The position numbers and the translations under genes are program-made. The notes beneath the pieces were generated by a model, which had not been told where the DNA came from, searched no databases, and saw nothing but the letters and a program-made list of their open reading frames with translations. DNA of 64,000 nt from Ranitomeya imitator (Eukaryota), in contig NC_091290.1 in the NCBI RefSeq assembly GCF_032444005.1, positions 7,626,001 to 7,690,000 of the forward strand, in the 5' to 3' direction. Positions 21,630-35,700 of the stretch are shown in pieces (positions within the stretch are counted from its first letter, which is position 1; each line of letters begins with the position of its first letter).

Positions 21630-24600
21630 AGAATGAGTGCCGCCACTCTCACCGTCCACACCGCGGGTCACTGGTCTCAGAATGCCGCCGCTCTCACCGT
21701 CCGCACCACGGGTCACTGGTCTCAGAATGCCGCCACTCTCACCGTCCGCACCACGGGTCACTGGTCTCAGAATGCCGCCACTCTCACCATCCGCACCGCG
21801 GGTCACTGGTCTCAGAATGCCGCCGCTCTCACCGTCCACACCGCGGATCACTGGTCTCAGAATGCCGCCACTCTCACCGTCCGCACCGCGGGTCACTGGT
21901 CTCAGAATGCCGCCACTCTCACCGTCCGCACCGTGGATCACTGGTCTCAGAATGCCGCCACTCTCACCGTCCGCACCGCAGATCACTGGTCTCAGAATGC
22001 CGCCACTCTCACCGTCCGCACCGCAGATCACTGGTCTCAGAATGCCGCCACTCTCACCGTCCGCACCGCGGGTCACTGGTCTCAGAATGCCGCCGCTCTC
22101 ACCGTCCGCACCGCGGGTCACTGGTCTCAGAATGCCGCCACTCTCACCGTCCGCACCGCAGATCACTGGTCTCAGAATGCCGCCACTCTCACCGTCCGCA
22201 CCGCGGGTCACTGGTCTCAGAATGCCGCGACTCTCACCGTCCGCACCGTGGATCACTGGTCTCAGAATGCCGCCACTCTCACCATCCGCACCGCGGGTCA
22301 CTGGTCTCAGAATGCCGCTGCTTTCACCATCCGCACCGTGGATCACTGGTCTCAGAATGCCGCCACTCTCACCATCCGCACCGCGGGTCACTGGTCTCAG
22401 AATGCCGCTGCTTTCACCGTCCACACCGTGGATCACTGGTCTCAGAATGCCGCCACTCTCACCGTCCGCACCACGGATCACTGGTCTCAGAATGCCACCG
22501 CTCTCACCGTCCGCACCGTGGATCACTGGTCTCAGAATGCCGCTACTCTCACCGTCCGCACCACGGGTCACTGTTCTCAGAATGCCGCCGCTCTCACCGT
22601 CCGCACCGCAGATCACTAGTCTCAGAAGGCCGCCGCTTTCACCGTCCGCACCACGGGTCACTGGTCTCAGAATGCCGCCGCTCTCACCGTCCGCACCGTG
22701 GATCACTGGTCTCAGAATGCCGCCGCTCTCACCGTCCGCACCGTGGATCACTGGTCTCAGAATGCCGCCGCTCTCACCGTCCGCACCGCAGATCACTGGT
22801 CTCAGAATGCCGCCGCTCTCACCGTCCGCACCGCATATCACTAGTCTCAGAAGGCCGCCGCTTTCACCGTCCGCACCACGGGTCACTGGTCTCAGAATGC
22901 CGCCGCTCTCACCGTCCGCACCACGGATCACTGGTCTCAAAATGCCGCCGCTCTCACCGTCCGCACCGCGGGTCACTGGTCTCAGAATGCCACTGCTTTC
23001 AACGTCTGCCCTGCGGGTCACTGGTCTCAAAATGCCGCCGCTCTCACCGTCCGCACCGTGGATCACTGGTCTCAGAATGCCGCTGCTTTCAACGTCCGCC
23101 CCGCGGGTCACTGGTCTCAGAATGCCGCCGCTCTCACCGTCCGCATCGCGGGTCACTGGTCTCAGAATGCCGCCGCTCTCACCGTCTGCACTGCGGATCA
23201 CTGGTCTCAGAATGCCGCCGCTCTCACCGGCCGCACCGCAGATCACTGGTCTCAGAATGCCGCCTCTCTCACCGTCTGCACCGCGGATCACTGGTCTCAG
23301 TATGCCGCCACTCTCACCATCTGCACTGCGGATTACTGGTCTCAGTATGCCGCCACTCTCACCGTCTGCACCGCAGGTCACTGGTCTCAGAAGGTCACCG
23401 CTTTCACCGCCTGCACCATGGGTCACTGGTCTCAGAATGCCGCTGCTCTCAGAATGCTGCCGCTCTCAGCGTCCGCACCGCGGATCACTGGTCTCCGAAT
23501 GCCGCCGCTCTCACTGTCCGCACCGCGGATCACTGGTCTCAGAATGCCGCCGTTCTCGCCTTCCGCACTGCTGGTCACTGGTCTCAGAATGCCGCCACTC
23601 TCACCGTCCGCACCGTGGATCACTGGTCTCAGAATGCCGCCGCTCGCACCGGCCGCACCGCAGAGCACTGGTCTCAGAATGCCGCCGCTCTCACCGTCCG
23701 CACTGCGGATCACTGGTCTCAGAATGCCGCCGCTCTCACCGTCCGCACCGCGGATCACTGGTCTCAAAATGCCGCCGCTCTCACCGTCCGCCCCGCGGGT
23801 CACTGGTCTCAGAATGCTGACGCTCTCACCGTCCGCACCGCAGATCACTGGTCTCGGAATGCCGCCGCTCTCACCGTCCGAATCGCGGGTCACTGGTCTC
23901 AGAATGCCGCCGCTCTCACCGTCTGCACCGCGGATCACTGGTCTCAGAATGCCGCCGCTCTCACCGGCCGCACCGCAGATCACTGGTCTCAGAATGCCGC
24001 CGCTCTCACCGGCCGCATCGCGGGTCACTGGTCTCAGAATGCCGCCGCTCTCACCGTCCGCATCGCGGGTCACTGGTCTCAGAATGCCGCCGCTCTCACC
24101 GTCTGCACCGCGGATCATTGGTCTCAGAATGCCGCCGCTCTCACCGGCCGCACCGCAGATCACTGGTCTCAGAATGCCGCATCTCTCACCGTCTGCACCG
24201 CGGATCACTGGTCTCAGTATGCCGCCGCTCTCACCATCTGCACTGCGGATCACTGGTCTGAGTATGCCGCCACTCTCACCGTCTGCACCGCAGGTCACTG
24301 GTCTCAGAAGGTCACCGCTTTCACCGTCTGCACCGCAGGTCACTGGTCTCAGAAGGTCACCGCTCTCACCGTCTGCACCGCAGGTCACTGGTCTCAGAAG
24401 GTCACCGCTTTCAGCGTCTGCACCGCGGATCACTGGTCTCAGAATGCCGCCGCTCTCACTGTCCGCACCGCGGGTCACTGGTCTCAGAATGCCGCCACTC
24501 TCAATGTCTGCCCCGCGGATCACTGGTCTTAGAATGCCACCGCTCTCACCGTCTGCCCCGCAGGTCACTGGTCTCAGAATGCCGCCGTTCTCGCCTTCCG

Positions 24601-27600
24601 CACTGCTGGTCACTGGTCTCAGAATGCCGCCGCTTTCACTGTCTGCACCGCGGGTCACTGGTCTCAGAATGCTGCCGCTCTCACCGTCTGCACTGCGAAT
24701 ACTTGGTCTCAGAATGCCGCCTCTCTCACCGTCCGCACCGCGGGTCACTGATCTCAGAATGCCGCCGCTCTCACCGTCCTCCCCGCCAGTCACTGGTCTC
24801 AGAATGTTGCCGCTCTCACCATCCGCACCGCGGATCATTGGTCTCAGAATGCCGCCGTTCTCGCCTTCCGCACCGCGAGTCACTGGTCTCAGAATGCCGC
24901 CGCTCTCACCGTCTTCCCCGCGGGTCACTGGTCTCAGAATGCCGCCGCTCTCACCGGCCGCACCGCAGATCACTGGTCTCAGAATGCCGCCGCTCTCACC
25001 GGCCGCATCGCGGGTCACTGGTCTCAGAATGCCGCCGCTCTCACCGTCCGCATCGCGGGTCACTGGTCTCAGAATGCCGCCGCTCTCACCGTCTGCACCG
25101 CGGATCATTGGTCTCAGAATGCCGCCGCTCTCACCGGCCGCACCGCAGATCACTGGTCTCAGAATGCCGCATCTCTCACCGTCTGCACCGCGGATCACTG
25201 GTCTCAGTATGCCGCCGCTCTCACCATCTGCACTGCGGATCACTGGTCTGAGTATGCCGCCACTCTCACCGTCTGCACCGCAGGTCACTGGTCTCAGAAG
25301 GTCACCGCTTTCACCGTCTGCACCGCAGGTCACTGGTCTCAGAAGGTCACCGCTCTCACCGTCTGCACCGCAGGTCACTGGTCTCAGAAGGTCACCGCTT
25401 TCAGCGTCTGCACCGCGGATCACTGGTCTCAGAATGCCGCCGCTCTCACTGTCCGCACCGCGGGTCACTGGTCTCAGAATGCCGCCACTCTCAATGTCTG
25501 CCCCGCGGATCACTGGTCTTAGAATGCCACCGCTCTCACCGTCTGCCCCGCAGGTCACTGGTCTCAGAATGCCGCCGTTCTCGCCTTCCGCACTGCTGGT
25601 CACTGGTCTCAGAATGCCGCCGCTTTCACTGTCTGCACCGCGGGTCACTGGTCTCAGAATGCTGCCGCTCTCACCGTCTGCACTGCGAATACTTGGTCTC
25701 AGAATGCCGCCTCTCTCACCGTCCGCACCGCGGGTCACTGATCTCAGAATGCCGCCGCTCTCACCGTCCTCCCCGCCAGTCACTGGTCTCAGAATGTTGC
25801 CGCTCTCACCATCCGCACCGCGGATCATTGGTCTCAGAATGCCGCCGTTCTCGCCTTCCGCACCGCGAGTCACTGGTCTCAGAATGCCGCCGCTCTCACC
25901 GTCTTCCCCGCGGGTCACTGGTCTCAGAATGCCGCTGCTCTCACCATCCGCACCGCGGGTCACTGGTCTCAGAATGCTGCCGCTCTCACCATCTGCACCG
26001 CGGATCATTGGTCTCAGAATGCCGCCTCTCTCACTGTCCGCACCGCGGATCACTGGTCTCAGAATGCTGCCGCTCTCACCGTCCGCACCGCGGGTCACTG
26101 GTCTCAGAATGCTGCCGCTCTCACCGTCTGCACCGCGGACCATTGGTCTCAGAATGCCGCCTCTCTCACTGTCCGCACCGCGGGTCACTGGTCTCAGAAT
26201 GCCGCCACTCTCACCGTCTGCCCCGTGGATCACTGGTCTTAGAATGCCGTCACTCTCACCGTCTGCCCCGCGGGTCACTGGTCTCAGAATGCCGCCGTTC
26301 TTGCCTTCCGCACTGCTAGTCACTGGTCTCAGAATGCCGCCACTCTCACCGTTCGTGCCGCGGGTCAATGGTCTCAGAATGCTGCCGCTCTCACCGTCCG
26401 CACCGCAGATCATTGGTCTCAGAATGCCGCCGTTCTCGCATTTCGCACCGCGGGTCACTGGTCTCAGAATGCCGCCGTTCTTGCCTTCCGCACCGCGGGT
26501 CACTGGTCTCAGAATGCCGCCGTTCTCACCGTCTTCCCCGCGGATCACTGGTCTCAGAATGCCGCCACTCTCACCGTCTGCCCCGTGGATCACTGGTCTT
26601 AGAATGCCGTCGCTCTCACCGTCTGCCCTGCGGGTCACTGGTCTCAGAATGCCGCCGTTCTTGCCTTCCGCACTGCTGGTCACTGGTCTCAGAATGCCGC
26701 TGCTCTCACCGTATGCACCGTGGATCACTGGTCTTAGAATGCCGTCGCTCTCACCGTCTGCCCCGCGGGTCACTGGTCTCAGAATGCCGCCGTTCTCGCC
26801 TTCCGCACTGCGGGTCACTGGTCTCAGAATGCCGCCGCTCTCACCGTCTTCTCCGCGGGTCACTGGTCTCAGAATGTCACTGCTCTCACCGTCTGCCCCG
26901 CAGGTCACTGGTCTCAGAATGCCGCCGTTCTCGCCTTCCGCACTGCTGGTCACTGGTCTCAGAATGCCGCCGCTTTCACCGTCTGCACCGCGGGTCACTG
27001 GTCTCAGAATGCTGCCGCTCTCACCGTTCGCACCGCGGGTCACTGGTCTCAGAATGCTGCCGCTCTCACCGTCTGCACTGCGAATACATGGTCTCAGAAT
27101 GCCGCCTCTCTCACCGTCCGCACCGCGGGTCACTGATCTCAGAATGCCGCCGCTCTCACCATCCTCCCCGCCGGTCACTGGTCTCAGAATGTCGCTGCTC
27201 TCACCATCCGCACCGCGGGTCACTGGTCTCAGAATGCTGCCGCTCTCACCATCTGCACCGCGGATCATTGGTCTCAGAATGCCGCCTCTCACTGTCCGCA
27301 CCGCGGATCACTGGTCTCAGAATGCTGCCGCTCTCACCGTCCGCACCGCGGGTCACTGGTCTCAGAATGCTGCCGCTCTCACCGTCTGCACCGCGGATCA
27401 TTGGTCTCAGAATGCCCCTCTCACTGTCCGCACCGCGGGTCACTGGTCTCAGAATGCCGCCGTTCTCACCGTCTTCCCCGCGGATCACTGGTCTCAGAAT
27501 GCCGCCACTCTCACCGTCTGCCCCGTGGATCACTGGTCTTAGAATGCCGTCGCTCTCACCGTCTGCCCCGCGGGTCACTGGTCTCAGAATGCCGCCGTTC

Positions 27601-29205
27601 TTGCCTTCCGCACTGCTGGTCACTGGTCTCAGAATGCCGCTGCTCTCACCGTATGCACCACGGGTCACTGGTCTCAGAATGCCGCCACTCTCACCGTTCG
27701 TGCCGCGGGTCAATGGTCTCAGAATGCTGCCGCTCTCACCGTCCGCACCGCGGATCATTGGTCTCAGAATGCCGCCGTTCTCGCATTCCGCACCGAGGGT
27801 CACTGGTCTCAGAATGCCGCCGTTCTTGCCTTCCGCACTGCTGGTCACTGGTCTCAGAATGCCGCCGCTTTCACCGTTCGCACCACGGGTCACTGGTCTC
27901 AGAATGCCGCCACTCTCACCGTTCGTGCCGCGGGTCAATGGTCTCAGAATGCTGCCGCTCTCACCGTCCGCACCGCGGATCATTGGTCTCAGAATGCCGC
28001 CGTTCTCGCATTCCGCACCGCGGGTCACTGGTCTCAGAATGCCGCCGTTCTTGCCTTCCGCACCGCGGGTCACTGGTCTCAGAATGCTGCCGCTCTCACC
28101 GTCCGCACCGCGGATCATTGGTCTCAGAATGCCGCCGTTCTCGCATTCCGCACCGCGGGTCACTGGTCTCAGAATGCCGCCGTTCTTGCCTTCCGCACCG
28201 CGGGTCACTGGTCTCAGAATGCTGCCGCTCTCACCGTCTGCACTGCGAATACTTGGTCTCAGAATGCCGCCTCTCTCACCATCCGCACCGCGGGTAACTG
28301 ATCTCAGAATGCCGCCGCTCTCACCGTCTTCCCCGCCGGTCACTGGTCTCAGAATGTCGCCGCTCTCACCATCCGCACCGCGGATCATTGGTCTCAGAAT
28401 GCCGCCGTTCTCGCCTTCCGCACCGCGAGTCACTGGTCTCAGAATGCCGCCGCTCTCACCGTCTTCCCCGCGGGTCACTGGTCTCAGAATGCCGCTGCTC
28501 TCACCATCCGCACCGCGGGTCACTGGTCTCAGAATGCTGCCGCTCTCACCATCTGCACCGCGGATCATTGGTCTCAGAATGCCGCCTCTCTCACTGTCCG
28601 CACCGCGGATCACTGGTCTCAGAATGCTGCCGCTCTCACCGTCCGCACCGCGGGTCACTGGTCTCAGAATGCTGCCGCTCTCAACGTCTGCACCGCGGAT
28701 CATTGGTCTCAGAATGCCGCCTCTCTCACTGTCCGCACCGCGGGTCACTGGTCTCAGAATGCCGCCACTCTCACCGTCTGCCCCGTGGATCACTGGTCTC
28801 AGAATGCCGCCACTCTCACCGTCTTCCCCGCGGATCACTGGTCTCAGAATGCCGCCACTCTCACCGTCTGCCCCGTGGATCACTGGTCTTAGAATGCCGC
28901 CGTTCTTGCCTTCCGCACTGCTGGTCACTGGTCTCAGAATGCCGCTGCTCTCACCGTATGCACCGTGGATCACTGGTCTTAGAATGCCGTCGCTCTCACC
29001 GTCTTCCCCGCGGGTCACTGGTCTCAGAATGCCGCCGTTCTCGCCTTCCGCACCGCGGGTCACTGGTCTCAGAATGCCGCCGCTCTCACCGTCTTCTCCG
29101 CGGGTCACTGGTCTCAGAATGCCACTGCTCTCACCATCCGCACCATGGGTCACTGTTCTCAGAATGCAGCCGCTCTCACCGTCCACGCCGCGGGTCACTG
29201 GTCTC
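21630..29205. repeat. 7.6-kb CpG-rich VNTR, 45-bp unit CACTGGTCTCAGAATGCCGCCGCTCTCACCGTCCGCACCGCGGGT (about 168 copies)
   Basis: 15-aa periodic pseudo-ORFs in several frames, and a block duplication of 990 bp (22 units). Confidence 0.97.
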
Positions 29206-29859
29206 CCGCCACACAGATTTGATCGCATCCACTTTGCCGGTCGTTTCTTACACTGCGGATTTCTGCACACAAATCAGCAACGAAACTGCAGGAACAGCAA
29301 GTGATCCCCTATTCTGTGGTTTTTGGTAGAGACCCTTTAATTGGCGCAAGAGTACATTTAAAGGGCTGATCGCTGTGGTTTATGGACAGAATCCAGAAAA
29401 AATGGCAGTTATGGCCTCAGGATGTGTAGCTGAGGCCCCTGCATCGCCCACTAATATATTTGATAATTTTTGAGGTAGAGGTTCTGGGTACAAGGGGTCC
29501 TCACTGTACTGACAGTGTGCAGTACCAGCTATGACCACCAGATGTCACTTCATGTTCACCCTCATATTAGTCCCCACCATGGAGCCCCCCATACTTTCCG
29601 CTCAGCTGTGGTCGCACATGCTTTACCTTTGGTACATTTCATGGGGATCTGCTTGTATATATACTTGTTAACTACAAGTAATACAATCCTGAACTTATGT
29701 TTTCTTAGAACTCTGCATTATGCCGTCCCTCTGTTACTCCTCTTGGTAATAAAGTGAGATGTATCCACTAACCGATGACACACAGACCGACATATCATAT
29801 ACTATCAGGAACCATTGACGTCTCCTACAATATACAGACAAAGCCATAATGGATGTAGG

Positions 29860-30619
29860 CACAGATAGTACTGCCTCCCTGTCCGTATATACATATTATA
29901 GGCACAGATAGTGCTGCCTCCCTGTCCATATATACATATTATAGGCACAGATAGTGCTACCTCCTTGTCCATATATACATATTATAGGCACAGATAGTGC
30001 TGCCTCCCTGTCCATATATACATATTATAGGCACAGATAGTGCTGCCTCCCTGTCCATATATACATATTATAGGCACAGATAGTGCTGCCTCCCTGTCCA
30101 TATATACATATTATAGGCACAGATAGTGCTGCCTCCCTGTCCATATATACATATAGGCACAGCTAGTGCTACCTCCTTGTCCATATATACATATTATAGG
30201 CACAGATAGTGCTGCCTCCCTGTCCATATATACATATTATAGGCACAGATAGTGCTGCCTCCCTGTCCATATATACATATTATAGGCACAGATAGTGCTG
30301 CCTCCCTGTCCATATATACATATTATAGGCACAGATAGTGCTGCCTCCCTGTCCATATATACATATTATAGGCACAGATAGTGCTGCCTCCCTGTCCATA
30401 TATACATATTATAGGCACAGATAGTGCTACCTCCTTGTCCATATATACATATTATAGGCACATATAGTGCTGCCTCCCTGTCCATATATACATATTATAG
30501 GCACAGATAGTGCTGCCTCCCTGTCCATATATACATATTATAGGCACATATAGTGCTGCCTCCCTGTCCATATATACATATTATAGGCACAGATAGTGCT
30601 GCCTCCCTGTCCATATATA
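29860..30619. repeat. 43-bp minisatellite ATAGGCACAGATAGTGCTGCCTCCCTGTCCATATATACATATT, left part
   Basis: Period 43 (29941, 29984). Interrupted at a TA by the Tc1 element and resumes at 37947. Confidence 0.95.
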
Positions 30620-30980
30620 CAGTGCCTACAAGTAGTATTCAACCCCCTGCAGATTTAGCAGGTTTACACATTTGGAATTAACTTGGCACTGTGACATTTG
30701 GACTGTAGATCAGCCTGGAAGTGTGAAATGCACTGCAGCAAAAAAGAATGTTATTTCTTTGTTTATTTTTTTTTTTTTTAAATTGTGAAAAGTCTTTTCA
30801 GAGGGTCGTTTATTATTCAACCCCTCAACCCACCAGAATTCTGTTTAGTTCCCCTAAAGTATTAAGAAGTAGTTCAGGCACAAAGAACAATGAGCTTCAC
30901 ATGTTTGGAATAATTATCTCTTTTTCCAGCCTTTTCTGACTATTTAAGACCCTCCCCAAACTTGTGAACAGCACTCATAC

Positions 30981-32012
30981 ATGGTCAACATGGGAAAGAC
31001 AAAGGAGCATTCCAAGGCCATCAGAGACAAGATCGTGGAGGGTCACAAGGCTGGCAAGGGGTACAAAACCCTTTCCAAGGAGTTGGGCCTACCTGTCTCC
31101 ACTGTTGGGAGCATCATCCGGAAGTGGAAGGCTTATGGAACTACTGTTAGCCTTCCACGGCCTGGACAGCCTTTGAAAGTTTCCTCCCGTGCCGAGGCCA
31201 GGCTTGTCCGAAGAGTCAAGGCTAACCCAAGGACAACAAGGAAGGAGCTCCGGGAAGATCTCATGGCAGTGGGGACATTGGTTTCAGTCAATACCATAAG
31301 TAACGTACTCCACCGCAATGGTCTCCATTCCAGACGAGCCCGTAAGGTACCTTTACTTTCAAAGCGTCATGTCAAGGCTCGTCTACAGTTTGCTCATGAT
31401 CACTTGGAGAACTCTGAGACTGACTGGTTCAAGGTTCTCTGGTCTGATGAGACCAAGATCGAGATCTTTGGTGCCAACCACACACGTGACGTTTGGAGAC
31501 TGGATGGCACTGCATACGACCCCAAGAATACCATCCCTACAGTCAGGCATGGTGGTGGCAGCATCATGCTGTGGGGCTCTTTCTCAGCCAAGGGGCCTGG
31601 CCATCTGGTCCGCATCCATGGGAAGATGGATAGCATGGCCTACCTGGAGATTTTGTCCAAGAACCTCCGCTCCTCCATCAAGGATCTTAAGATGGGTCGT
31701 CATTTCATCTTCCAACAAGACAACGACCCAAAGCACACAGCCAAGAAAACCAAGGCCTGGTTCAAGAGGCAAAAAATCAAGGTGTTGCAGTGACCTAGTC
31801 AGTCTCCTGACCTTAACCCAATTGAAAACTTGTGGAAGGAGCTCAAGATTAAAGTCCACATGAGACACCCAAAGAACCTAGATAACTTGGAGAAGATCTG
31901 CATGGAGGAGTGGGCCAAGATAACTCGAGAGACCTGTGCCGGCCTGATCAGGTCTTATAAAAGACAATTATTAGCTGTAATTGCAAACAAAGGTTATTCC
32001 ACAAAATATTAA
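30981..32012 (+). pseudogene. Tc1 transposase, 343 codons with one premature stop (TGG to TGA at 31791)
   Basis: MGKTKEHS..GRPLK.., [33 protein letters not shown]. ORFs 30981 and 31830 are in the same frame. Confidence 0.93.
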
Positions 32013-32026
32013 ACCTAGGGGTTGAA

Positions 32027-32768
32027 TGTCATGATCCCAATGGCAGGGGATCACAAAAAGGACAAGCACAGATACAAACAAGCTCTAGGGCGATGGAACC
32101 TGAGCTGACCGCGACCCTGAACCTAACACACAAATAAAAGTAGCCGGGGAACGTGCCTACGATGATCCTAGACGTCTCGCTCCAGCCGAAGATCTAACTT
32201 CCCCTATCAGAAGAAACACAGACCTCTCTTGCCTCCAGAGAAATACCCCACAGCAAATAGCAGCCCCCCACATATAATGACGGTGAAATGAGAGGAAAGC
32301 ACATACGTAGTATGAAAACAGTTTCAGCAAAATGAGGCCCGCTAAAGCTAGATAGCAGAGGATACAAAAGTGAACTGCGCGGTCAGCGAAAAACCCTTCA
32401 AAAAACCATCCTGAAATTACTTGAACTCATGTGCCAACTCATGGTACATGAAAAGCAATTTCAGCCCACTAGAGCAACCAGCAGCAGAGAATCACATATC
32501 TGCAGGCTGGACTAAAAACCAAATTAAGCAAAACACAAAACAGGAAAATCCAAACTTAGCTTGTCCAGAAGGTTCTAGGAGCAGGGAGCAGCGGTAACAA
32601 GACACACTGGATACATTGATAACCGGCGAGGAAATGCCAGCAAAGCCAGGTTAAATAGGAAACTCCCATATGCTGATGGAACAGGTGGAACCCAGAAACC
32701 CAGGAAAGACAAGTCACCCAGTACCATCAGTAACCACCAGAGGGAGCCCAAAAACAGAACTCACAACA
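32027..32768 (-). repeat. 3' LTR of the Gypsy element
   Basis: Matches 37008-37749 at offset 4981. Preceded on the - strand by the PPT AAGGGGGGGGTAC. Confidence 0.97.
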
Positions 32769-35700
32769 GTACCCCCCCCTTGAGGAGGGGTCACCGAACC
32801 CTCACGAGAACCACCAGGGCGACCAGGATGAGCCCTATGAAAAGCGCGAACCAAATCATCAGCATGAACATCCGAGGCAACCACCCAAGAATTATCCTCC
32901 TGACCATAACCCTTCCACTTGACCAAATACTGGAGTTTCCGTCTGGAAACACGAGAATCCAAGATCTTCTCCACAACATACTCCAATTCTCCCTCCACCA
33001 GCACTGGAGCAGGAGGCTCAAGAGAAGGAACATCAGGTACCTCATACTTCCGCAACAACGACCGATGAAACACATTATGAATAGCAAACGATGCCGGGAG
33101 ATCCAAACGAAACGACACAGGGTTAAGAATTTCCAAGATCCTATAGGGACCGATGAACCGAGGCTTGAACTTAGGAGAAGAGACCTTCATAGGAACAAAA
33201 CGAGAAGACAACCACACCAAGTCACCAACAAGAAGTCGAGGACCCACGCGGCGACGGCGATTAGCAAACTGCTGAGCCTTCTCCTGGGACAACTTCAAAT
33301 TGTCCACCACATGACTCCAAATCCGATGCAACCTATCCACCACCATGTCCACTCCAGGACAATCAGAAGGTTCCACCTGACCAGAGGAAAAACGAGGATG
33401 AAACCCCGAATTACAAAAGAAAGGAGAAACCAAGGTAGCAGAACTAGCCCGATTATTAAGCGCAAACTCGGCCAGCGGCAAAAAGGTAACCCAGTCATCC
33501 TGATCAGCAGAAACAAAACACCTTAAATAAGTTTCCAAGGTCTGATTAGTTTGTTCAGTCTGGCCATTCGTCTGAGGATGGTATGCAGACGAAAAGGACA
33601 AATCAATGCCCATCTTAGCACAGAAAGTCCGCCAAAATCTAGACACAAACTGGGATCCCCTGTCAGAAACGATGTTCTCAGGAATCCCATGCAAACGAAC
33701 CACATTCTGAAAAAACAGAGGGACCAACTCAGAGGAGGAAGGTAACTTAGGCAAGGGTACCAGATGAACCATTTTAGAAAAGCGATCACACACAACCCAG
33801 ATGACGGACATTTTTTGAGAGACAGGGAGATCCGAAATAAAGTCTATGGAAATGTGCGTCCAAGGCCTCTTCGGGATAGGCAAAGGTGACAACAATCCAC
33901 TGGCCCGAGAACAGCAAGGCTTAGCCCGAGCACAAACCTCACAAGACTGCACAAAAGAACGCACATCCCTCGACAAGGAAGGCCACCAAAAAGACCTGGC
34001 CACCAAGTCTCTAGTACCAAATATTCCAGGATGACCTGCCAACGCAGAAGAATGGACCTCGGAGATGACTCTACTGGTCCAATTATCCGGAACAAACAGT
34101 CTCTCAGGCGGACAACGATCAGGTTTACCCGCCTGAAACTCCTGCAAAGCACGTCGCAAGTCTGGGGAGACAGCAGACAAAATCACCCCATCCCTAAGGA
34201 TACCAGAGGGCTCAGAATTTCCAAGGGAGTCAGGCACAAAACTCCTAGAAAGAGCATCCGCCTTCACATTCTTTGAACCTGGCAGGTATGAAACCACAAA
34301 ATTGAAACGAGAGAAAAACAGTGACCAACGAGCCTGTCTAGGATTCAGACGCCTGGCAGACTCAAGGTAAATCAAATTTTTGTGATCAGTCAAGACCACC
34401 ACACGATGTCTAGCACCCTCTAGCCAATGACGCCACTCCTCAAATGCCCACTTCATGGCCAAAAGTTCCCGATTACCAACATCATAATTCCGCTTAGCCG
34501 GCGAAAACTTTCTAGAAAAAAACGCGCATGGCTTCATCACTGAGCCATCGGAGCTTCTCTGTGACAAAACCGCCCCCGCTCCAATCTCGGAAGCATCAAC
34601 CTCAACCTGAAAAGGGAGCGAAACATCTGGCTGACGCAACACAGGAGCAGAAGAAAACCGGCGCTTAAGTTCCTGAAAGGCCTCCACAGCCGCAGGAGAC
34701 CAATTAGCAACATCAGCACCCTTCTTAGTCAAATCCGTCAAAGGCTTAACAACACTAGAAAAATTAGTTATAAAACGACGATAGAAATTAGCAAAGCCCA
34801 AGAACTTCTGTAGACTCTTAAGAGATGTAGGCTGCGTCCAGTCACAAATAGCCTGAACCTTGACGGGATCCATCTCAATAGTAGAAGGGGAAAAAATATA
34901 CCCCAAGAAAGAAATCTTCTGGACTCCAAAGAAACACTTTGAGCCTTTTACAAACAAGGAATTGGCCCGCAGGACCTGAAACACCTTCCTGACCTGCTGA
35001 ACATGAGACTCCCAGTCATCAGAAAAAACCAAAATATCATCCAAATACACAATCATAAATTTATCCAGATATTCACGGAAAATATCGTGCATAAAGGACT
35101 GGAAGACTGAAGGAGCATTAGAAAGTCCAAAAGGCATTACCAAATACTCAAAATGGCCCTCAGGCGTATTAAATGCGGTTTTCCACTCATCACCTTGCAT
35201 TATTCGTATAAGATTATACGCACCCCGAAGATCAATCTTAGTGAACCATTTAGCCCCCTTAATGCGAGCAAACAAATCAGTCAACAATGGCAAAGGATAC
35301 TGATATTTTACGGTAATCTTATTCAAAAGACGATAATCTATACAAGGCCTCAAGGAACCATCTTTCTTGGCCACGAAAAAAAAACCTGCTCCCAAAGGGG
35401 ACAAAGATGGTCGGATATGTCCCTTTTCCAAGGACTCCTTAACATAATCCCGCATAGCAGTATGCTCTGGCACTGACAGATTGAACAAACGACCTTTAGG
35501 AAATTTACTGCCCGGAATTAAATTTATAGCACAATCGCAATCCCTGTGAGGAGGAAGCGAACTGAGCTTAGGCTCCTCAAAAACATCCCGATAATCAGAC
35601 AAAAACACAGGAATCTCAGAAGGAGTAGATGAAGCGATAGAAATCGGAGGTGCATCATCATGAACCCCCTGACAACCCCAGCTTAACACAGACATTGATT

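Noticed and set aside
21630-29205. CRISPR-like reading of regularly spaced constant blocks (also at 55105-57235 and 59095-60860)
   Set aside because: The intervening segments are variants of one sequence rather than unique spacers, no cas genes are present, and the context is a vertebrate genome.
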